A stretch of DNA of 64,000 nt from Trueperaceae bacterium (GTDB lineage: Bacteria > Deinococcota > Deinococci > Deinococcales > Trueperaceae), in NCBI GenBank assembly GCA_034520945.1, contig JAXHNB010000009.1, positions 162,173-226,172 on the forward strand, in the 5' to 3' direction. Position numbers and translations under genes: made by a program. The notes beneath the pieces are model-generated. The model saw only the letters and a list, made by a program, of their open reading frames with translations, ran no database searches and was not told where the DNA came from. This document shows, in pieces, positions 28,881-38,407 of this stretch. Position 1 is the first letter of the stretch, and the number at the start of each line of letters is the position of its first letter.

Positions 28881-31175
28881 GTGGGCATCTTCAGCAGCCG
28901 CCCCAAACGAGCCGTCGTGCCACCGCAGGCGGGCTGGGACCCGGCGACCTGGGCGACCCGCGTTCCGCTGACGCACACCGAGAACTTCGCCGAGGTGTTC
29001 CGGGCGGCGTGGGAGAACCGCGACCGGGCCGGCTACGCCTGGCGGATCCTGAACGACGGCGTCTGCGACGGTTGCGCGCTGGGCACCAGCGGCCTGGAGG
29101 ACTGGACGGTCGACGGGGTGCACCTGTGCAACGTGCGGCTGAGGCTGCTGCGCCTGAACACCATGCCGGCGCTCGATCCCGCGCGGCTGGCCGACGTGGC
29201 GCAGCTCCGCACGCTGCGCGCACGTGACCTGCGTGCGTTGGGCCGTCTCCCCCACCCCATGATCCGCCGCCGGGGTGAAGCGGGCTTTCGTCGCATCGGT
29301 TGGGAGGAGGCGCTGGCACTGATCGCCGAGCGGCTCGGCGCGAGCGAGCCGGACCGGACCTTCCTCTACCTCACCAGCCGCGGCATCCCGAACGAGACGT
29401 ACTACGTGGCCCAGAAGGCGATGCGCGCCCTCGGCACCAACAACGTCGACAACGCCGCGCGGGTGTGCCACTCGCCCAGCACGGTGGCGTTGAAGGCGGC
29501 GCTGGGGGTGGGGGCGACCACCTGCTCCTACACCGACCTGATCGGCACCGACCTGATCACCTTCCTCGGCTCCAACGTCGCCAAGAACCAACCGGTGGTG
29601 ATGAAGTACCTCTACCACGCCAAGAAGGCCGGCACGAAGGTGGTCACCATCAACCCCTACCGCGAACCCGGCATGGACGCCTACTGGGTGCCGTCCGACG
29701 TCGAGAGCGCCCTGTTCGGCACCAAGATCACCGACCGGTTCGTGCAGGTCGCACCCGGCGGCGACCGGGCATTCCTGCACGGCACCCTCAAGGCCCTCAT
29801 CACCGCCGGCGGGGTCGACGAGGCGTTCGTCGAAGCGCACACCGAAGGGTTCGAAGACCTCCGCGCCATGCTGGCCGCCACCCCGTGGGAGACCCTGGAG
29901 GGGGCGGCCGGCCTGCCCCGCGCCGAGATGGAGGCCTACGCCGACATGGTCGCCAACGCCGAGCGGGCAGTGTTCGTGTGGGGCATGGGCATCACGCAAC
30001 ACCGTGGCGGCGAGGACAACGTGCGCGCGATCATAGACCTAGCGTTGGCGCGCGGGTTCGTGGGGCGCGACGGCTGCGGCCTGATGCCGATCCGCGGCCA
30101 CTCCGGCGTGCAAGGCGGCGCCGAGATGGGCGCCTACGCCACCGTGTTCCCGGGCGGCACGCCGGTCGGCCCAGGCGCCGCCGATGCGCTCTCCGAACGG
30201 TACGGCTTCGACGTGCCCGCGCGGCCCGGCCTGACCACGCCCGCCATGCTGGACGCCGCCCGCGCCGGCGACATCGACGTGCTGCTGGCCGTCGGCGGCA
30301 ACTTCCGCGAGGTGATGCCCGATCCCGCCGGCAGCGACGACGCGTTCGGACGCATCCCGCTGCGGGTGCACCTGGACATCGTGCCCAGCAGCCAGATGCT
30401 GGTCGATCCCGCCGACACGGTGATCCTGCTACCGGCCACCACCCGCTACGAGATGCCCGGCGGCGTCACCGAGACCAGCACCGAACGCCGCATCGTGTTC
30501 AGCCCCGAGATCCCCGGGCCGCGCGTCCAAGGGGCGCGGCCCGAGTGGCGGGTCCTGGCCGAGCTGGTGGCCCGCGCCCGCCCCGAGCGGGCAGAAGCCC
30601 TGCGCTTTACCGGCACGCCGGAGATCCGCGAGGAGATCGCCCGGGTGGTGCCGATGTACGACGGCATCCAGCACCTCCACGCCAAGGGCGACCAGGTCCA
30701 GTACGGCGGGCCGCACCTCTGCGCCGGCGGGGTCTTCCCCACCCCGAGCGGCCGCGCCCACTTCCACCCGGTGCCCGTCGCGCCCCGTACGCGGCCGGCC
30801 GGCACCTTCGCGCTCGGCACGCGCCGCGGCAAGCAGTTCAACAGCATCGTCCACGAGGACCGCGATTCGCTGAACCAAGCGGGACGGGACGCGGTGCTGA
30901 TGGCCGAGGCGGACCTGGCGCGCCTGGGCCTGCGCCCTGGCGACCGGGTACGCGTCGAAACCGAGCACGGCACCTTCCTGGGCCGCGCGACCCCGGCCGA
31001 GCTGGCACCCGGCACCGTCCAGGTGCACTGGCCGGAAGCAAACGTCCTGCTGGACGCCGGCGCACGCTCGGACGCCGCCGACATCCCCGCCTACAAGGAG
31101 GCCGTCGCGCGTGTCCGGCCGATGGGCGCAGGCGAGGCCGCCGAGCCAGTGGACGCGGCCACGCGCCGGGTGTGA
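28881..31175 (+). CDS. FdhF/YdeP-family molybdopterin oxidoreductase
   Basis: CDGCALG, NAARVCHSPS, PIRGHSGVQG, TRRGKQFNS; followed by fdhD. Confidence 0.92.
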   Translation: MGIFSSRPKRAVVPPQAGWDPATWATRVPLTHTENFAEVFRAAWENRDRAGYAWRILNDGVCDGCALGTSGLEDWTVDGVHLCNVRLRLLRLNTMPALDPARLADVAQLRTLRARDLRALGRLPHPMIRRRGEAGFRRIGWEEALALIAERLGASEPDRTFLYLTSRGIPNETYYVAQKAMRALGTNNVDNAARVCHSPSTVALKAALGVGATTCSYTDLIGTDLITFLGSNVAKNQPVVMKYLYHAKKAGTKVVTINPYREPGMDAYWVPSDVESALFGTKITDRFVQVAPGGDRAFLHGTLKALITAGGVDEAFVEAHTEGFEDLRAMLAATPWETLEGAAGLPRAEMEAYADMVANAERAVFVWGMGITQHRGGEDNVRAIIDLALARGFVGRDGCGLMPIRGHSGVQGGAEMGAYATVFPGGTPVGPGAADALSERYGFDVPARPGLTTPAMLDAARAGDIDVLLAVGGNFREVMPDPAGSDDAFGRIPLRVHLDIVPSSQMLVDPADTVILLPATTRYEMPGGVTETSTERRIVFSPEIPGPRVQGARPEWRVLAELVARARPERAEALRFTGTPEIREEIARVVPMYDGIQHLHAKGDQVQYGGPHLCAGGVFPTPSGRAHFHPVPVAPRTRPAGTFALGTRRGKQFNSIVHEDRDSLNQAGRDAVLMAEADLARLGLRPGDRVRVETEHGTFLGRATPAELAPGTVQVHWPEANVLLDAGARSDAADIPAYKEAVARVRPMGAGEAAEPVDAATRRV

Positions 31176-31177
31176 CC

Positions 31178-32041
31178 ATGCGCGTCCGCGCCGGCACGCC
31201 CCGCGCCAAGCCCGCCACACCCGTCCGCATCGTCCGCGTACGTGAGGACCGGACGACCTCGCACCGCGACGTGGTGGCGGGCGAGGAACCGATGGAGATC
31301 CGCCTGCTGGCCGGGGGGCGGTGCGAGCGCGTCGCCGTCACCATGCGCACGCCGGGGCACGACTTCGAACTGGCGGCCGGGTTCCTGTTCGGCGAGGGGC
31401 TGATCATTGGCCGCGACGACCTCGCCGCCCTCCGCTACTGCACCGACGTCGCCGAGGACCAGCGCTACAACGTGGTGAACGTCCACCTGCACGGCGGCGC
31501 GCTTCCCGACCTAGCGCGCATGGAGCGGCACTTCACGGTGAGCAGCGCCTGCGGCGTGTGCGGCAAGGCGCACATGGACGACCTCGAAGTCCGCTGCGAC
31601 GGGCCGCTGCCGGCCGGCCCCCGCGTTTCGGTGGCACGGCTGGCCACCCTTCCGAGCGCCATGCGCGAGGCGCAGGGCCTGTTCGAGGCCACCGGCGGGC
31701 TGCACGCCGCCGCGCTGTTCGACGCGAACGGCACGCTGCTGGCCGTGCGCGAGGACGTCGGCCGCCACAACGCCATGGACAAGCTGATCGGCTGGGCGCT
31801 GCTGGCGGGCGGCCTGCAGCAGGAGGCGATCGTGTGCGTCAGCGGGCGGGCGTCCTTTGAACTGCTGCAGAAGGCGTTGGCCGCCCGCCTGTCGTTCTTC
31901 GCCGCCATCTCGGCGCCGTCCAGCCTGGCGGTCGACCTGGCCCGGCGCTTCGGCGTGACGTTGGTCGGCTTCCTGCGGCCCGGCGGGTTCAACGTGTACG
32001 CGGGGGCGGAACGGATCGACGGGTTGCCCGTGGAGCGCTGA
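31178..32041 (+). CDS. fdhD: Formate dehydrogenase accessory sulfurtransferase
   Basis: MRTPGHDFELAAGFL, SSACGVCG, TGGLHAA, EDVGRHNAMDK. Confidence 0.95.
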   Translation: MRVRAGTPRAKPATPVRIVRVREDRTTSHRDVVAGEEPMEIRLLAGGRCERVAVTMRTPGHDFELAAGFLFGEGLIIGRDDLAALRYCTDVAEDQRYNVVNVHLHGGALPDLARMERHFTVSSACGVCGKAHMDDLEVRCDGPLPAGPRVSVARLATLPSAMREAQGLFEATGGLHAAALFDANGTLLAVREDVGRHNAMDKLIGWALLAGGLQQEAIVCVSGRASFELLQKALAARLSFFAAISAPSSLAVDLARRFGVTLVGFLRPGGFNVYAGAERIDGLPVER

Positions 32042-32146
32042 ACAACTCCGTACCCGTGAGGGCGCGCCCGTAACCGGCGGGGGGAACGACCTCCTTCGTC
32101 ACGTGGGGTGAGGCCGGCAGGCAACATCCTCGCGCCTGGAAACCCT

Positions 32147-32181
32147 TTGACACGCGTGCATTCAAATGTTCTTTTAAATGC
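32147..32181 (+). promoter_or_regulatory. Promoter/operator of the ArsR-rhodanese gene
   Basis: TTGACA at 32147 and imperfect palindrome GCATTCAA-N8-TTAAATGC abutting the start codon; AT-rich spot in GC-rich DNA. Confidence 0.6.
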
Positions 32182-32859
32182 GTGAATGATGGCGTGCCCG
32201 AACCTCTGAAGAGACGCATCTACGAACGCCTGGCCCACGTCCCCAAGGCGCTTGCCAGCGCCCGGCGCCTGGAACTCGTCGACCTGCTGGCGCAGGCGGA
32301 AAAGAGCGTCGAGACGCTGGCGCGGGAGAGCGGCCAGTCCGTCGCCAATGCCAGCCAGCACCTGCAGCAACTGCGGCGCGCCGGGCTGGTCGAGGTGCGG
32401 CGCGACCGTACCTACGGCTACTACCGCCTGGCCGGCGACGACGTGCTGCGGCTGTGGCAGGCCGTGCGCGCGCTCGGCGAGGCGCGCCTGGCCGACATGG
32501 ACCGCTTGTTGGACGAACTTCACCCCGGCGGCGGCGAGCCGGCCCCCCTCACCATGGACGAACTCCGTGACCACCTGGCACGCGGCGGTACGGTTCTGCT
32601 GGACGTCCGCCCCAGCGACGAGTACCACGCCGGCCACATCCCCGGCGCCCTCTCGGTGCCGGTCGATGAATTGCCGGAACGCATCCACGAACTTCCCGAT
32701 GACGCGGAGGTGGTCGCCTACTGCCGCGGCCCCTACTGCGTCTTCTCCGACGAGGCCGTGGCGCTGCTGCGCGCGCACGGCATCCCCGCCGCCCGCCTGC
32801 AGGAGGGCTTCCCCGACTGGCGTGCGGCGGGCCTGCCCACCGAAGGGAGTCCCGCATGA
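32182..32859 (+). CDS. ArsR/SmtB regulator fused to a rhodanese domain
   Basis: KALASARRLELVDLL..SQHLQQL HTH; DVRP..EY..GHIPGA, YCRGPYC, GFPDW. Confidence 0.93.
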   Translation: MNDGVPEPLKRRIYERLAHVPKALASARRLELVDLLAQAEKSVETLARESGQSVANASQHLQQLRRAGLVEVRRDRTYGYYRLAGDDVLRLWQAVRALGEARLADMDRLLDELHPGGGEPAPLTMDELRDHLARGGTVLLDVRPSDEYHAGHIPGALSVPVDELPERIHELPDDAEVVAYCRGPYCVFSDEAVALLRAHGIPAARLQEGFPDWRAAGLPTEGSPA

Positions 32860-32943
32860 GCCGCGCCATCGGTCGTGACCGATTGCCGGCACGTAGCCAG
32901 CTGACTCCCGACGCCAGCGAGCTGGAAGCGGGCGGCAACCGCT

Positions 32944-34197
32944 GTGCCGCCGGCTGAGGCGCGCGCCACGCGCGTCCACCAAGCCGCACCCGAGACGGGC
33001 GGGCGCACCCCGTCCGCCTTCTGGCTCCTCGCCCTCATCAACCTGTTCGTGGGCGCCATGGTGGGCCTGGAACGCACGGTCGTGCCGCTGCTGGCCGAGC
33101 AGGACTTCGGCCTCCGCGCGGGCGCCACCATCGGCGGTTTCATCGTGGCGTTCTCCGTGGCCAAAGCGGTGGTGAACCTGTTCGCCGGCGCCGCCGCCGA
33201 CCGCTGCGGGCGCCGGCGCGTGCTCATGCTCGGCTGGTGGGTGTCGCTGCCAGTCGCGCCCCTGCTGATGTGGGCACCCACGTGGGGCGTGGTGGTCTTC
33301 GCCAACGTCCTCCTCGGCGCCGGCCAGGCGCTCACCTGGTCGATGACGGTGAACATGATGGTCGACCTCGTGCCCGGCCACAAACGCGGCTTCGCGGCCG
33401 GCATGAACGAGTTCGCCGGCTACCTCGGGCTCAGCGCGACCGCGTTCCTCACCGGCCTGATCGCCGCCGAGGCGGGGCTGCGCCCGTGGCCGTTCGCGCT
33501 CGGCATGGCGATCGTGCTGCTGGCCCTCGTCCTTGCTCGGCGGGCACCGGAGACGGCGCCCGCACCCTCGGGCGCGGCGTCGGCCGCGGCGTTGCTGCCG
33601 CGCTGGACGCCGGGCGTGGGGGTCCCCAGCGTGCTGGGCCTGGCCACCAACCTCAAGGACGGCCTGGTGTGGCTGTCCCTGCCGCTGCTGCTGGCCGGCC
33701 GAGGCTTCGACCTTGCCCAGATCGGCACCGTCGCCGGCCTGTACCCGCTGTTGTGGGCCGCCGGACAGCCCCTGTTCGGCCCCCTCTCCGACCGCGTCGG
33801 CCGGCGCCTCCTGGTAGGGGTCGGCACGGCGACGCAGGGGGCCGGCCTGCTGCTCCTGGCGCTGGCGCCCGCGTACGTCGCGGCCCTTGCCGCCGCGGCA
33901 CTACTGGGCGTCGGGACCAGCATGGTGTACCCGGTGCTGATCGCCGCCGTGGCCGACCGCGTGCCCGCCCACGCCCGCGCCACCGCCCTGGGGGTGTACC
34001 GCTTCTTCCGCGACGGCGGGTACGCCGCCGGCGCACTGATCGGCGGCTTCGGCCTGCTGCACCTCGGCCCCGTCACGGCCTGGACCGGCGCCGCCTTCCT
34101 GCCCCTGGCCGTGCTGGCGTTCGCGAGCCTGCAGGGACGAACGCACCTTCCCGCCCGCGAAGATCCGTCCGAAGGTCACCCCGGAGGTACGCCATGA
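32944..34197 (+). CDS. MFS transporter
   Basis: GAMVGLERTVVP, ADRCGRRR, LSDRVGRR, GVYRFFRDGGY. Confidence 0.88.
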   Translation: MPPAEARATRVHQAAPETGGRTPSAFWLLALINLFVGAMVGLERTVVPLLAEQDFGLRAGATIGGFIVAFSVAKAVVNLFAGAAADRCGRRRVLMLGWWVSLPVAPLLMWAPTWGVVVFANVLLGAGQALTWSMTVNMMVDLVPGHKRGFAAGMNEFAGYLGLSATAFLTGLIAAEAGLRPWPFALGMAIVLLALVLARRAPETAPAPSGAASAAALLPRWTPGVGVPSVLGLATNLKDGLVWLSLPLLLAGRGFDLAQIGTVAGLYPLLWAAGQPLFGPLSDRVGRRLLVGVGTATQGAGLLLLALAPAYVAALAAAALLGVGTSMVYPVLIAAVADRVPAHARATALGVYRFFRDGGYAAGALIGGFGLLHLGPVTAWTGAAFLPLAVLAFASLQGRTHLPAREDPSEGHPGGTP

Positions 34198-34544
34198 ACG
34201 TGCTGTTCATCCTCAACGACCCGCCCTACGGCACCGAACGGTCCTACAACGCACTACGTCTGGCCCTGCAGCTCGCCAAAGGGGAAGGCGCCACCATCCG
34301 GGTGTTCCTGATGGCCGACGGCACGAACTGCGCCAAGCAGGGGCAGGAGACGCCGGATGGGTACTACAACCTAGCCCGCATGCTGAGAATCCTGCTCCGC
34401 AAGAACGCCGACGTCGGCGCCTGCGGCACCTGCATGGACGCGCGCGGCCTCCGCGAGGACGAGCTCCTGGACGGTGTCCACCGCAGCACCATGGAGGAGC
34501 TGGCCACCTGGACGCACGAGGCGGACAAGGTGCTGGTGTTCTGA
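34194..34544 (+). CDS. DsrE/YchN-family protein
   Basis: DPPYGTERSYNALRLA, CGTCMDARG, ADKVLVF; ATG overlaps the MFS stop. Confidence 0.92.
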   Translation: MNVLFILNDPPYGTERSYNALRLALQLAKGEGATIRVFLMADGTNCAKQGQETPDGYYNLARMLRILLRKNADVGACGTCMDARGLREDELLDGVHRSTMEELATWTHEADKVLVF

Positions 34545-34758
34545 GTCGAATCTCCTGCCTTGCCGGGGCCGACGGGTCGAGGACGCCTTCGGCCTGTGGC
34601 GCGCCCCGATCTGGGCCACGCTGCCGTACCTGATCGACAGCGAGACGATCACGATCCACGTGTTCGGGGCGCAGGGGTAGAACACCGCTAAGCATGCGAT
34701 CGCTTCGTGCCCGGTGCCCGGCGCGCCCAGCGCGAAGCCGTCGACCGAACGACGTACC

Positions 34759-35172
34759 TCAGCGACGATCCTGACGAAGCAACGCGGAGGTGAACGCCTC
34801 GAAGGTGGGCAACTCCTCGTTCACGATGGCGTGCACGACCTCCATCTCGAGGTCTTGATCGCAGCGCACCGCGACGTTTCGAAAGCCCACCATTCGCTGC
34901 AGGTCCTCGCTCGACGCCGGCTCCAATACGCCCGCCTCCGCCAAGATCGCGAAGGCGTGCCGCCCGCTCTGCGGGACGCCCAGTTGGCGCACGCGCACCA
35001 CGTGCATGGCCAGATCGATCGCGGTCTCGCACGCCTGCAGAAGGTTGAGAACGAGCGCGTCCTGCCGGCGCAGGTCGTCATCGAACCCCACGCCGTCCCC
35101 GTACTCCTCGTGGACGCGGGCGACGCAACGTTCGATCGTCGAGGCCTTGTTCAGGACGACGTCATCCACCAT
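34759..35172 (-). CDS. hepT: HepT/DUF86 HEPN ribonuclease toxin, catalytic motif degenerate
   Basis: MVDDVVLNKASTIERC..LNLLQACETAIDLA..MVGFRNVAVRCD (canonical motif R-X4-H-X-Y). Confidence 0.82.
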   Translation of the reverse strand: MVDDVVLNKASTIERCVARVHEEYGDGVGFDDDLRRQDALVLNLLQACETAIDLAMHVVRVRQLGVPQSGRHAFAILAEAGVLEPASSEDLQRMVGFRNVAVRCDQDLEMEVVHAIVNEELPTFEAFTSALLRQDRR

Positions 35173-35575
35173 GGACGCGCCCCCGCCGGCGTATGTCGCG
35201 GAGGATCCCCTCGCGTGCCTCGTTGAGACGCGCGTAGTCGGAGAACACGAAGCCGAGGAACGCCTCGGCGTCCGGATCACCCGATGCGAACAGCACCTCG
35301 GCCGAGCTGACCGCTTGCATTCGCAGCACCGTGCTGGCGGCACGCAGGTCGATCAGGTGCACGTCCTTCGACGTGGCGAGCTCCAATTCGGTGCGAAGGC
35401 GGCGCAGCTCGTCCACCGGCAGTGGCCCCGGCGCCAAGATCGCCACATCCACGTCGCTCCGGTCGGTCGCGTCGCCGCGCGCGACAGAGCCGAACAACGC
35501 CAACCACTGCAGGTTCGGGACGACGGCGCGCACGCGGGAGACGACCTCCTGTCGGAGCACATCGGAGCCGGTCAC
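35162..35575 (-). CDS. mntA: MntA-like minimal nucleotidyltransferase antitoxin
   Basis: LFGSVARG..SDVDVA (GS-X10-DXD); overlaps hepT start. Confidence 0.85.
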   Translation of the reverse strand: MTGSDVLRQEVVSRVRAVVPNLQWLALFGSVARGDATDRSDVDVAILAPGPLPVDELRRLRTELELATSKDVHLIDLRAASTVLRMQAVSSAEVLFASGDPDAEAFLGFVFSDYARLNEAREGILRDIRRRGRVHGG

Positions 35576-35698
35576 GAGGGCATGGTAGCGCGGTGGCGTG
35601 GGGCGCCCCGCGCATGGGTCGGCAGGAGATCGCCTACTGCGCGATCGGGGCCGCGCTTTGGCAGCGCGGCCCCCTGAGAGTTCGGCGCAGATGCGCCC

Positions 35699-36730
35699 TC
35701 AGCGCGCCGCGTCCCGCGCGGCCTGGAGCCATTCGTCGACCTCCGCGCGGTTGTCCTCGATCCACTCCTCCGCCATGGCGCGAATGTCCTCGTCGCTGTT
35801 CTCGCCTTGGGTGATGCGCGCGGTCATCGAGGAGAGGTCCTCGATCGACATGCGAACGCGCTCGAACAGGGCCTCAGCAGCCGGGTTCTCGGCCAGGAAC
35901 GCGTCGTTGGCAACGATGTTCCAGTCTCCGATGACGAAGCCCAGGCGAATGGGGCTGGTCACGGCGCCCTCCAGGTCCTCGGCGACCATCGCGTCTTCGA
36001 AGCCCTCCTGCCCCTCGCCCGGAATGATCTCCGGCACGTTGATCCACATCACGTCCTCGCCGGGCACCAGCTGGAGGATGGTGAAGTTGGGCACCCAGGT
36101 GTAGAACGCCACCGGCTCGCCGTTGCGGTAGCGAGCCAACGCGTCGGCGAACGAAGCGGTATAGGCCGCCTCCACCAGGTTCACGTGATCGCGCAGGTCG
36201 TAGACGTCCATGTGGTGGTTCGTGATCACGTGACAGCCCCAGCCGGGCGGGCAGCCCACCAGGTCCGCACGCCCGTCACCGTTCGCGTCGAACGCCTCCT
36301 TCACCTCGGGACGCCTGAAGTCGTCGAGGGACGTGATGTCGTACTCTTCCACCGCCTCACGGCTCACCAGGTACCCCTCGAGGGTAATGTCGTCGCCGAT
36401 CGTTCCGACCACGCTGGCGTGATCCTCGAAGTTTTCGGGAAGATGCGCCTCGTGCAAGGGGAACGCGCCGCTCGCCCAGTAGTCGACGTCGCCCTGCACG
36501 ACCGACTGGTAGAAGATGGGGTTCGAAAGCGCCGCCTCCTCCTGCACGTCGTATCCGAGTTCCTCGAGCAAGACGTGGACGACCGCCGTCGGCGGAAGCG
36601 CGGAGTTCCACGTCGCCACGGCAGGCTGGGCGGTGACGCCCTCTCCAGGACGATCCGGGTTCTGCGCCATCGCCGCGCCCGCAGCGATGGGCAGCAACAG
36701 CATTGCGACAATCCAATGTCGTACGTTCAT
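35699..36730 (-). CDS. proX: Second, orphan ProX-like substrate-binding protein
   Basis: Close paralogue of 15734-16765 (SNPIFYQSV, EVKEAFDANGDG.ADLVGCPPGWGC); GGAG RBS before ATG 36730. Confidence 0.88.
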   Translation of the reverse strand: MNVRHWIVAMLLLPIAAGAAMAQNPDRPGEGVTAQPAVATWNSALPPTAVVHVLLEELGYDVQEEAALSNPIFYQSVVQGDVDYWASGAFPLHEAHLPENFEDHASVVGTIGDDITLEGYLVSREAVEEYDITSLDDFRRPEVKEAFDANGDGRADLVGCPPGWGCHVITNHHMDVYDLRDHVNLVEAAYTASFADALARYRNGEPVAFYTWVPNFTILQLVPGEDVMWINVPEIIPGEGQEGFEDAMVAEDLEGAVTSPIRLGFVIGDWNIVANDAFLAENPAAEALFERVRMSIEDLSSMTARITQGENSDEDIRAMAEEWIEDNRAEVDEWLQAARDAAR

Positions 36731-36957
36731 GAGGGTCTCCAATCCGGTTCGATGCGAGCTTGCGGCAACAGTGTGCGCCCACCTGCTCTTCGCCACGGGA
36801 GGTTCTCCGGGCGGCAGGCGCAAGCAAGCCATGAGAGGCAGGCGCCATACGGATTATGGCCCCTTTCCTTCTGTTGCCCGTATCGCCATACCGTGAACGG
36901 GCAACCCCGGGCATGCTAACGGGGGTGCGACAGGTAGGCTGACGCCAGGAGGCCACC

Positions 36958-37914
36958 ATGCGCGTCGTTTGGCTGCTGCCCGCCACCACCGAGATCGTCT
37001 GCGCATTGGGCGCTCTCGAGGACCTAGCGGGCGTGTCGTACGACTGCGACCATCCGCCCGATGTGCGCGAACTGCCGCGCGTCACCCGCTCCCTCCTCGA
37101 GCCCGAGGACCGTTCCGGTGCCGGTATCGACCGGGCGGTGCGCGAGGGGCTGGCGGAGCATGGCACCCTCTACCGCATCGACGAGGCGCTGCTGCGGAGA
37201 TTGGCGCCGGACGTGATCCTCAGCCAACGCCTGTGCGACGTGTGCGCACCCGCGCACGGCTCCGTCACCGCGCTGGCCTGCGAGCTTCCAGGACGCCCAC
37301 GCGTGCTGAATCTCGAGCCGACGCGCCTTGACGAGGTGTTCGCGAACGTGCGGACGGTGGCGCAGGCGCTGGAACGAGGCGCCAGGGGCGAGGCGCTGGT
37401 CCGCGACCTGCAGGCACGCGTGGCGCGGGTGCGGGAGGCCACCCAGGACGTCGCGCGGCGCCCCACCTGCGTCGTCCTCGAGTGGCTCGATCCGCCGTTC
37501 CGCAGCGGGCACTGGGTGCCGGAGCTGGTGTCGCTGGCGGGCGGCCGGGAGCCGCTGAGCCGCCTCGGCGCACGCTCGACCCCCGTCGCCTGGGAGCACG
37601 TCGTGGCGGCGGCGCCCGACGTGCTGGTGATCGCTCCGTGCGGCCAGTCGATCGCGGCGTCACAACCCGACCTGGCGCGGCTGCGCGCCCAGGCGGGCTG
37701 GAGTGAGCTGCCAGCGGTGCAAAAAGACCACGTCTACGTCATGGATGGCAGCGCCTACCTCAGCCGGCCGGGCCCCCGCCTGGTGGATGCCCTCGAGATC
37801 CTGGCCGGCGTGTTGCATCCCTCGCGCTTCCCGCAGTGGCGGCCCGAACGCCGACCCTCGGACATGATGCAGCGGGTCGGTGCCGCCGCTCCGCACGTCC
37901 GCCCCACCGCCTGA
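36958..37914 (+). CDS. BtuF-like (cobalamin/iron-complex) binding protein
   Basis: MRVVWLLPATTEIV, LCDVCA, EWLDP..SGHWVPE, SRPGPRLVD; no evident signal peptide. Confidence 0.8.
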   Translation: MRVVWLLPATTEIVCALGALEDLAGVSYDCDHPPDVRELPRVTRSLLEPEDRSGAGIDRAVREGLAEHGTLYRIDEALLRRLAPDVILSQRLCDVCAPAHGSVTALACELPGRPRVLNLEPTRLDEVFANVRTVAQALERGARGEALVRDLQARVARVREATQDVARRPTCVVLEWLDPPFRSGHWVPELVSLAGGREPLSRLGARSTPVAWEHVVAAAPDVLVIAPCGQSIAASQPDLARLRAQAGWSELPAVQKDHVYVMDGSAYLSRPGPRLVDALEILAGVLHPSRFPQWRPERRPSDMMQRVGAAAPHVRPTA

Positions 37915-38184
37915 GTTGGCCCGTCGGCGCGTCCACGGGGCTTGGGGACGGGCGCTCACGATGAGGCCCCGGCTGGGCGCGTCCGCGCCGAGAGATTGAC
38001 GCCCGTTTCACGCCGCGTTCCCTACGCTTGCCGCAGTCGGACCCGGCGGGAGCCGGTTCGGCGATCGGAGGTGTGGATGCGAAGGCTTGGGCTCGACCTC
38101 GTGGTGCCGCCCTTCGACGTGCGTAGCTACGAACTCGAGAGTTCCATCCAGCTCGAGGGAGGGATATCGGCTGTCTACGGCACG

Positions 38185-38394
38185 GTGTACGGGAGGCGCA
38201 CCGCGCCCGCACGCCCGTTCGGGACGGTGCGCCCTGGCGCACCGCGTCCGCCCCGAGGAAGACCCGGCGGCGTGCTGGCCGCCGTGGTTCTCGCCCTCGC
38301 GCTGTCCGCCTGTGGCGGCGAGGGCACCGCCAGCGGAGACGACGCGCCCCGCTGGAACCAGGCCCGGTGGGACGTGGCGTCATGGCGCCCATGA
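38185..38394 (+). CDS. Very small Trp-rich lipoprotein (start uncertain; GTG 38272 also possible)
   Basis: Hydrophobic stretch plus LSAC lipobox; mature CGGEGTASGDDAPRWNQARWDVASWRP. Confidence 0.6.
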   Translation: MYGRRTAPARPFGTVRPGAPRPPRGRPGGVLAAVVLALALSACGGEGTASGDDAPRWNQARWDVASWRP

Positions 38395-38407
38395 CGAGGA
38401 GGAGCGC

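Noticed and set aside
28881..31175. Selenocysteine formate dehydrogenase
   Set aside because: The ORF is uninterrupted with Cys in RVCH; no in-frame TGA
34545..34690. Short coding-like fragment (..LPYLIDSETITIHVFGAQG*)
   Set aside because: Possibly a gene remnant at a junction but too short to assign
36833..36957. Cobalamin riboswitch upstream of the BtuF-like gene
   Set aside because: Only a GTTGCCCGT/ACGGGCAAC stem; no B12-box or other conserved elements, and the region is short
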